In this document: positions 6,307-11,483 of the stretch, piece by piece
Numbering within the stretch: position 1 is the stretch's first letter
Layout of the letters: every line of letters starts with the position of its first letter
Assembly: GCA_038736825.1 (NCBI GenBank)
Contig: JAVYME010000032.1
Coordinates: 1-12,909, forward strand
Direction of reading: 5' to 3'
Length of the DNA stretch: 12,909 nucleotides
From: Candidatus Iainarchaeum sp.
GTDB lineage: Archaea > Iainarchaeota > Iainarchaeia > Iainarchaeales > DTGL01
Program-made: the position numbers and the translations under genes
The notes under the pieces: generated by a model
What the model was told of the DNA's origin: nothing
Database searches by the model: none
The model's input: the letters and a program-made list of their open reading frames with translations, nothing else

Positions 6307-9024
6307 TTACCTCCTGTGCCAGACCGGCTTTGAATGGTTTGTGTCGCTCTCAATGAACCCCTTGAGAGCAATCATTACTATAACTATTATCAGTAAAATA
6401 ATTAACCCTATGCCTAGTGGTTTTCCAAGGGCTGCCAGGGCTGAAAGCGGCCAAAAGCCTTGAGTTGCTTCACTGCTTTTGCCTTCGCTTTCTGCCGGCA
6501 CTGGTTGTTGCGGTGAAACAACAGCTATTGTTATGTTTTTTGAGATTTTTCTGCCATCAAATTCAACTGAAAGCGTTCCATAATAGTTTTCTGGCGCAAT
6601 TTCTTCAGATGCCCACGCATTGAATTCAAATGCTGCCACTTCTTTTGCTTCCAAGTCAACTATTGCGTTTTGAATGCTTGTTCCTTGCGGCATGGACCAA
6701 TTTATTTTTATTCCTGAAATTTTTTCACTGGAACGGTTTGCAAGAGCAACGCTTACCTTTTTGGTTTCTCCCGGGAAAATGATTATTGTTGAAGGATATG
6801 CGGCAATTTCAATTTCTGCTTGCACTTTTTCCCTTGCTTTTACAACACTAAAGTAAATTCTTTTGCTGAAGGTTTCACTGCCTTTCACCAAAACATCAAA
6901 CCAGTAAGTGCCCTCTTTTAAGTCCATTGGAGCGTCCACGTTTATGAACACTTCCCTGCCCTTGCCGGGAGCAAGAGTGAAGCTCTTTTCTGAAAGCGTT
7001 ATTTTTGCCTTTGTGCTATTGCTTATTTCTATGGAATAGCTTTCATTGTAATCGCCCTGGTTTTCAATCAAGAGAGAGAAAACCGCGTTAGAGCACTGTT
7101 CTATTGTAGTGTTCCTGTCCTTTACAGAGAAAACGCTTTTCCTGCGCTTTTCAACATCAAAGCACGCTGTCTTGTATTCGCGGTGCTTTGCAGTCCAAGC
7201 ATAAAGTTTCACGTAATGCTTTCCTGTTGCCTCGTCCAGTCTTGCGCTTGCATTTAACCTTAATGTTTTGGTTTCGTTTGGGTTCAAGTCAACAGAGCCC
7301 TGCACTTCTGTCGGAATGTCCGCTATTGTTTGCAGGTTCACTGTCAGGTTGTTGGAAGTGTTGTTTTTTACTGTAAAGGAAATGTTTTTGTCCTTGCCTT
7401 TTTCAAGGGAAACGCAAGTGCCTGAAAGCGAGAGCGTAAAGGATTGAGTGTCAGGCTCTTCACAGTCCTTTACAGTGAAATAAGCCTTGGTTTGAGCGTA
7501 TTCTTGGTCTGTTCTGGCAGAAACGTTCACATAGTATGAGCCAAGGCTTGTGCCAGGGTACACGTATGTTTTCAATGGCACATATTTTTCAGAGCGCGCG
7601 TCAACTTCAATTGTGCTTTCCTCAAAGTATGCTAGGAATTCTGTGCTTGAAGCCTCAAGCTCCACTTCTTTTATTTCGCTTGAATTGTTTCTTACTAAAA
7701 TGCTGAGAGTGCCTGTTTCGCCCCTGCAAAGCGCTTTGGTTGTGCTTGAAATGTAAAGGCAAGAGCCTGAAGTGCAAGAACCACAAGTTGTACAGGATTC
7801 AACTTTAATGCTTATTGAAGCGCTTTCCTTGTTGCCTCCGCTTTGCGCTTCAAGTTTTGCAGTATAGTTTCCGCTTGGAGCGTCAATTGTTTGTATTGAA
7901 AGCGAAACCCAAGTGCTTTCTCCAGGGTTAAGGCAAACATAGTTTGTTGAGGCTGTTGCATCAATATAGCTGGAATACTCTCTCCCGTAAAGGTTAAGGC
8001 AATAATAATTGCATGAATTGTTTTCAATTTTCACCCTGATGTTTCTGGCATCATTTCTTTGCATGCGGATTGAATTGTATTCTGGGTAAAGGCGAACGCT
8101 GAAACCACAACCACTGGAAGAAGAACCGATTTTTACAGTGTCAAAAGAGAAATCACTGTAATTTTGTCCGTCAAAAGCCCTCACTGTGCACTGCCATTCA
8201 TCGCCGTATTCAGTGAAAGAATTGCTTATGGTTGTTGTATTGTTTTGCGTGGAATAACTTCTAAAAGTGGAACCATTTCTTTTCCAAGTGTAATGGTATT
8301 CTATTGAATCATTGTCTGGGTCTGTGGAATGCGCATAACATACAAGGTCATCTGAGTTCACAGGCGAAGAAGGGGAAATGTAAACGTTTGGCGTGCTTGG
8401 CGGCCTGTTCTGGGTTGAACCAATGCAAAACCCGTTGAGGCAGCCGTTAATGCATGCCTCTTCATTGGACCAAGAGCAGTCCGCGTTCTGGTATGCGCGA
8501 GTGCAGCAATCCTTGCACTTCCAGCCAGGAGTGCATTGCTGTCCTGAAGAAATTGTTATTTCGTAGTATCCATAGTTTGAATAGGTTTTTTGATCGTATG
8601 CTCTTACTTTGCACATCCAGGTTTCTCCAGGGGAAGTGTGGGTTGCCTGCAATACATTGGTTTGAGAGCTTGAAATTCTAGTGGAATAGTATTCGCTGTT
8701 CCTATACCACTTGTATTCGTATTCTATTGGGTCGTTGTCAGGGTCTGTGGAATAAGCGCGGCACACTAAGTCATTGTTTGTTGTTGCCGGGTTTGGGGTG
8801 ATGCTTACCTCTGGAATTGTGGGGGCACTGTTTGGTTTTGGCGTGCAGGTTCCATTAATGCACCCATAAGGACAGTATTCTGTTTGAAGCCAGTTGCAAT
8901 TGCAATCTCTGTATGCGCGATGGAATGCGTCCTTGCAAAACCAGCCCATCATGCAATCAGCAAAAACCGGCATTGAAACTGCCAGCAACAAAAATAAAAC
9001 CATTAAAGCGTTTGTTTTTTTCAT
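6307..9024 (-). CDS. giant membrane-anchored surface protein: two N-terminal Cys-module + DxDxD Ig-like units, then CARDB-like repeats and a TM anchor
   Basis: The ORF track starts this ORF at TTG 9057. I prefer ATG 9024 (MKKTNALMVLFLLLAVSMPVFA, a signal peptide) because GGGGGG lies 9 nt upstream of it. A tandem ~140-aa unit is present twice (8110-8955). It is followed by ~550 aa of Ig-like repeats rich in N-x-S/T sequons and by the C-terminal TM LGIGLIILLIIVIVMIAL. Confidence 0.85.
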   Translation of the reverse strand: MKKTNALMVLFLLLAVSMPVFADCMMGWFCKDAFHRAYRDCNCNWLQTEYCPYGCINGTCTPKPNSAPTIPEVSITPNPATTNNDLVCRAYSTDPDNDPIEYEYKWYRNSEYYSTRISSSQTNVLQATHTSPGETWMCKVRAYDQKTYSNYGYYEITISSGQQCTPGWKCKDCCTRAYQNADCSWSNEEACINGCLNGFCIGSTQNRPPSTPNVYISPSSPVNSDDLVCYAHSTDPDNDSIEYHYTWKRNGSTFRSYSTQNNTTTISNSFTEYGDEWQCTVRAFDGQNYSDFSFDTVKIGSSSSGCGFSVRLYPEYNSIRMQRNDARNIRVKIENNSCNYYCLNLYGREYSSYIDATASTNYVCLNPGESTWVSLSIQTIDAPSGNYTAKLEAQSGGNKESASISIKVESCTTCGSCTSGSCLYISSTTKALCRGETGTLSILVRNNSSEIKEVELEASSTEFLAYFEESTIEVDARSEKYVPLKTYVYPGTSLGSYYVNVSARTDQEYAQTKAYFTVKDCEEPDTQSFTLSLSGTCVSLEKGKDKNISFTVKNNTSNNLTVNLQTIADIPTEVQGSVDLNPNETKTLRLNASARLDEATGKHYVKLYAWTAKHREYKTACFDVEKRRKSVFSVKDRNTTIEQCSNAVFSLLIENQGDYNESYSIEISNSTKAKITLSEKSFTLAPGKGREVFINVDAPMDLKEGTYWFDVLVKGSETFSKRIYFSVVKAREKVQAEIEIAAYPSTIIIFPGETKKVSVALANRSSEKISGIKINWSMPQGTSIQNAIVDLEAKEVAAFEFNAWASEEIAPENYYGTLSVEFDGRKISKNITIAVVSPQQPVPAESEGKSSEATQGFWPLSALAALGKPLGIGLIILLIIVIVMIALKGFIESDTNHSKPVWHRR
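6309..6315 (-). promoter_or_regulatory. Shine-Dalgarno site (AGGAGGT) for the 6301 start
   Basis: On the - strand the sequence reads AGGAGGTaaaaaaaATG. The site overlaps the last codons and stop of the upstream gene, which implies translational coupling. Confidence 0.6.
8110..8955 (-). repeat. protein-level tandem duplication (2 x ~140 aa) at the mature N-terminus
   Basis: Unit 1 is 8536-8955 and unit 2 is 8110-8535. Both contain GW(F/K)CKD...RAY...C...(E/A)(Y/A)C.(Y/N)GC.NG.C, then P.(P/S)TP.V.I.P..P....DLVC.A.STDPDND.IEY.Y.W.RN........T......G(E/D).W.C.VRA(Y/F)D... The copies have diverged at the DNA level. Confidence 0.75.
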
Positions 9025-9033
9025 TTTTTTTCG

Positions 9034-9039
9034 CCCCCC
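9034..9039 (-). promoter_or_regulatory. Shine-Dalgarno-like G6 for the 9024 ATG
   Basis: The - strand reads GGGGGGcgaaaaaaaATG. Confidence 0.5.
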
Positions 9040-9067
9040 TTTTTTTCTAGCTGTCAAGCGCTTTTCC

Positions 9068-9538
9068 TCATTTTATTGTTTTGCATCTCCCTGACGCGGA
9101 ATCGCATCCGTAAACGCAATTGATTTCTTCAACTATTTTTCCAGTGTTAAGGTTGATTTTAACGCTTTTTGTGTTGCGGTGGAAAAAACTGCCCTCGCAT
9201 TTCCATTTAAAATTGCTTCCAGAAAGGCATTTTCCTGAAACCCTGTCACAACCATAAAAGCATTCTGTTTTTTCTGTTTTGCCTGTTAAAAGGTCTTTTT
9301 TCACGCTATACCATTTAGTGGAAAAAATTCCAAGAACCTTGTAATAGCCTTTCTGGCAAGAGAACTGGAATCTTGGAACCATTGAAATGCTGTAATCCCT
9401 TTCATGCCAACAACTTGTGCAAGCAGGGCTTGCTGTGGACTGCCCTCCTTTTCGGTAATCTGAGAGAGAGCCTGCAAAAGCGAAAGGCATTCCTGAAAGA
9501 ATTGAAAAAAACAATATTGCAATAAACAATTTTTTCAT
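9068..9538 (-). CDS. small secreted protein with two W-x-C...C-x-YGC...G-x-C modules
   Basis: 156-aa ORF with an ATG start and GGTG 8 nt upstream. Signal peptide: MKKLFIAILFFSILSGMPFAFA. The two modules are FSCQKGYYKV...TECFYGCDRVSGKC and KWKCEGSFFHRN...INCVYGCDSASGRC. No TM anchor. Confidence 0.8.
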   Translation of the reverse strand: MKKLFIAILFFSILSGMPFAFAGSLSDYRKGGQSTASPACTSCWHERDYSISMVPRFQFSCQKGYYKVLGIFSTKWYSVKKDLLTGKTEKTECFYGCDRVSGKCLSGSNFKWKCEGSFFHRNTKSVKINLNTGKIVEEINCVYGCDSASGRCKTIK

Positions 9539-9546
9539 TTTTTTTT

Positions 9547-9550
9547 CACC
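9547..9550 (-). promoter_or_regulatory. Shine-Dalgarno-like GGTG for the 9538 ATG
   Basis: The - strand reads TAAGGTGaaaaaaaaATG, immediately after the upstream stop. Confidence 0.45.
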
Positions 9551-10798
9551 TTATTTCAGCTTACAATAGTTTCCGCTTGAAAGGCGCGCACAATAATATC
9601 CTTGAGGGCAATCACTGTTGTAAGTGCACTCTTTTCTGCCCGGATTGCATGAACCATTGGTGCAGCCATTGTCACAGTATTCTGCATAACCCCATATTTT
9701 GCTGCCATAAACATCAACTGGCACTTTCCAAGAACCACTGCAAACCCATTTTGAGCTTGGAGAGTAAAGACTGCCATAATTGCTTGAAACCACTGGCGGC
9801 ACCACTGTGGGTTTTGTGGTTGCACGGTATTGTGAAATTGTTGTTGGCTTGTGCTGGCTTGCTGGAGTTGATTCAGGTTGAATGGTTTTTGCAGGGGTTG
9901 TTTTGACTTCAAAGCCTGTGGATTTGCCAACGCATTGCCCGTTTTTGCAGGTTTGACAGCTTCCACAAGTCTGGTACAAAAAACTGGCTTCAGAGCAATC
10001 CTTGTAAGTGAATTTAATGAATACTTTGCCTGGCTGTGCTGGATCGCAAAATGTTTCGCTTTTTGGAGTGCAGGTTTTCACTGGCGGTTTTGGCGCTGGA
10101 TTGCAGTTTCCACTAGCGCATCCGTATTGGCAGTATTCTTTTTGTATTATGTTTCCGCATGACAGGTCTATTTTTATTCTGTAGTTTCCTTGGCATTGCC
10201 ATTGGTATTGTGGTTGTGGTTTTGGCTTGCATTGTGTTGTGTTTGGGTCGCATCCGTATTGGCAGTATTCTTTTTGTATTATGTTTCCGCATGACAGGTC
10301 TATTTTTATTCTGTAGTTTCCTTGGCATTGCCATTGGTATTGTGGGGCTGGCGCTGGATTGCATTTTCCTGTTGCTTGATTGCAACCATAAGCGCAGTTT
10401 TCCGGGAATGCGTGTTCATAGCCCCATTTGAAAGAGGCTGGAAGTTGGGCTTTTTCTATTCTATAGCTTGTGTTTCCCCTGCACTCGTAAGAGGTTTTCC
10501 AGTTTATGCTTTCAAAACGGCCATTGTAACAGTAAACATAGTCTGTTTGCGGCTTGTATTGGGCAATGGATGTGTTTTTTGTGCAATTGCTGAAATAGTC
10601 TATTTTGTACAGGGTTCTGCATTCGTCAGTCCAATTGGTGGTGCAGTCTCCGCACTTGTATTCTGTTTTCACCAGGTATGGAGTGTAGCAGGAGGGGTTG
10701 CCTGTGCAAGTGCAGTTTGGAATTGTTTGAAGTCCAGCGGCTGCCAAGGGTAAAAGCAAAAGGAATGCTATTGCAATTATTGTTTTTGTTTTAACCAT
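9551..10798 (-). CDS. secreted Cys-rich modular protein (about 9% Cys), paralog of 11484-12359
   Basis: The ORF track start is GTG 10807. I prefer ATG 10798 (MVKTKTIIAIAFLLLLPLAAAG, a signal peptide), which has AGGAG 10 nt upstream and overlaps the upstream stop (ATGgtTAA). Architecture in order: a YLVKTEYKCGDC...CAYGCNQATGKC domain; two identical QYQWQCQGNYRIKIDLSCGNIIQKEYCQYGC modules; a CGSCQTCKNGQC cassette; a Thr/Pro linker; then a final WVCSGSW...EYCDNGCTNGSC module. Confidence 0.8.
   Translation of the reverse strand: MVKTKTIIAIAFLLLLPLAAAGLQTIPNCTCTGNPSCYTPYLVKTEYKCGDCTTNWTDECRTLYKIDYFSNCTKNTSIAQYKPQTDYVYCYNGRFESINWKTSYECRGNTSYRIEKAQLPASFKWGYEHAFPENCAYGCNQATGKCNPAPAPQYQWQCQGNYRIKIDLSCGNIIQKEYCQYGCDPNTTQCKPKPQPQYQWQCQGNYRIKIDLSCGNIIQKEYCQYGCASGNCNPAPKPPVKTCTPKSETFCDPAQPGKVFIKFTYKDCSEASFLYQTCGSCQTCKNGQCVGKSTGFEVKTTPAKTIQPESTPASQHKPTTISQYRATTKPTVVPPVVSSNYGSLYSPSSKWVCSGSWKVPVDVYGSKIWGYAEYCDNGCTNGSCNPGRKECTYNSDCPQGYYCARLSSGNYCKLK
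10117..10345 (-). repeat. perfect 97-bp direct repeat (10117-10213 and 10249-10345), period 132 bp, in frame inside the CDS
   Basis: A base-by-base comparison shows the two 97-bp stretches are identical. They are separated by a divergent 35-bp linker. The 132-bp period equals 44 codons. The flanks share GGCGCTGGATTGCA (starting near 10091 and near 10350). Confidence 0.95.
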
Positions 10799-11363
10799 AA
10801 AATTCACGCTCCTGCCTGCTTTTGATTGTTATTATTTTTGCGATTATGGCGATTGATAGCAGAATTATTATTGCGATGAGGAATATTAGTGTTAAGCCTT
10901 CAATGCCGCCCAGTGCTGCCAGTGGTGTTACACTGTTTTTTTGTTCTTCTTTTTGGGTTTCATTTGGCTGTGTTTCCTGTATTGGAAAGTATTTTGCGGA
11001 GTGCACTCTGATTTCTTTCAGCACTGTTGTTTCTCCAAGTGAAACCATTAGGCTGGAATTGTAAATTGTGCCTTCTGTTTCGTCAGATGGAAAGATTGTG
11101 AGGTAAAAGGTTGCGCTTTCCATTGGCTTGATTTTTTCTGGAATGCTGGAGATTGTGTAGTGCAAGCCGGCTGGGCCAATGAAAAGGGCTTTTAGTTCTT
11201 TTTCTTGTAGGGAGGTGTTTTGGACTGTTACCGGCATTGTCATTTCCCTTACGAGGTATACATCGTTCCAAGTTTTTATGTGGCTTTCATCGAAAGCGCT
11301 TGCACTGGAAAAAAGCAAGAGCAGTATTCCTGTTGCAAGCGCAATGCACAAATTTTTTTTCAA
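10791..11363 (-). CDS. small membrane-anchored protein with one Ig-like domain
   Basis: The N-terminal region has no ATG. Candidate TTG starts are at 11369 (ORF track) and 11363. GGGGG (complement of 11371-11375) lies 7 nt from the 11363 TTG and only 1 nt from the 11369 TTG, so I prefer 11363 ((M)KKNLCIALATGILLLLFSSASA, a signal peptide). The protein has one ~110-aa beta-rich domain, a Glu/Gln-rich spacer, PLAALGG, and the TM LTLIFLIAIIILLSIAIIAKIITI. Confidence 0.7.
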   Translation of the reverse strand: MKKNLCIALATGILLLLFSSASAFDESHIKTWNDVYLVREMTMPVTVQNTSLQEKELKALFIGPAGLHYTISSIPEKIKPMESATFYLTIFPSDETEGTIYNSSLMVSLGETTVLKEIRVHSAKYFPIQETQPNETQKEEQKNSVTPLAALGGIEGLTLIFLIAIIILLSIAIIAKIITIKSRQEREFYG

Positions 11364-11370
11364 AACCAAG

Positions 11371-11375
11371 CCCCC
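11371..11375 (-). promoter_or_regulatory. Shine-Dalgarno-like G5 for the 11363 TTG
   Basis: The - strand reads GGGGGcttggttTTGaaaaaaaat. Confidence 0.45.
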
Positions 11376-11421
11376 TTTACATTAACTTATTAACTTTGAT
11401 ACATTAATTTATGTCGCCCCT

Positions 11422-11438
11422 TATATAAAAACCTTTCT
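11422..11438 (-). promoter_or_regulatory. archaeal BRE/TATA promoter (AGAAAGG-TTTTTATATA) for 11363 and downstream genes
   Basis: The - strand reads aGAAAGGTTTTTATATA, about 55-60 nt upstream of the start codon. A 14-mer is identical to the promoter at 12424-12437. A conserved ATTAATG lies ~22-26 nt downstream of the TATA centre, a plausible initiator. Confidence 0.6.
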
Positions 11439-11483
11439 ATTTTTCCTTTTTTTCAAAATTTCGTTTTTTTGGTTGTTGCTGTT

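Noticed and set aside
9025-9057. TTG start at 9057 for the giant anchor (adds MTARKKGGRKK)
   Set aside because: ATG 9024 has a G6 SD 9 nt upstream, and that SD would lie inside the extension. ATG 9024 also begins a canonical signal peptide. The extension would add a highly basic, non-signal N-terminus. I kept it as an alternative only.
10117-10345. Possible CRISPR-like or mobile-element repeat
   Set aside because: There are only two copies. The period is an exact multiple of three, the repeat is fully in frame inside a CDS, and it encodes a recognisable protein module. There is no leader or cas context and no terminal inverted repeats.
10799-10807. GTG start at 10807 for 9551-10798
   Set aside because: The AGGAG motif is only 1 nt from this GTG but 10 nt from ATG 10798. 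ATG 10798 gives the classic ATGnnTAA overlap with the upstream stop.
11438-11483. T-rich tract (plus strand) between 11484-12359 and the internal promoter as a terminator
   Set aside because: The T runs are on the plus strand, where nothing is transcribed into them. On the coding (minus) strand they are A runs, so they do not look like an archaeal oligo-T terminator. Read-through from 11484-12359 is therefore plausible.
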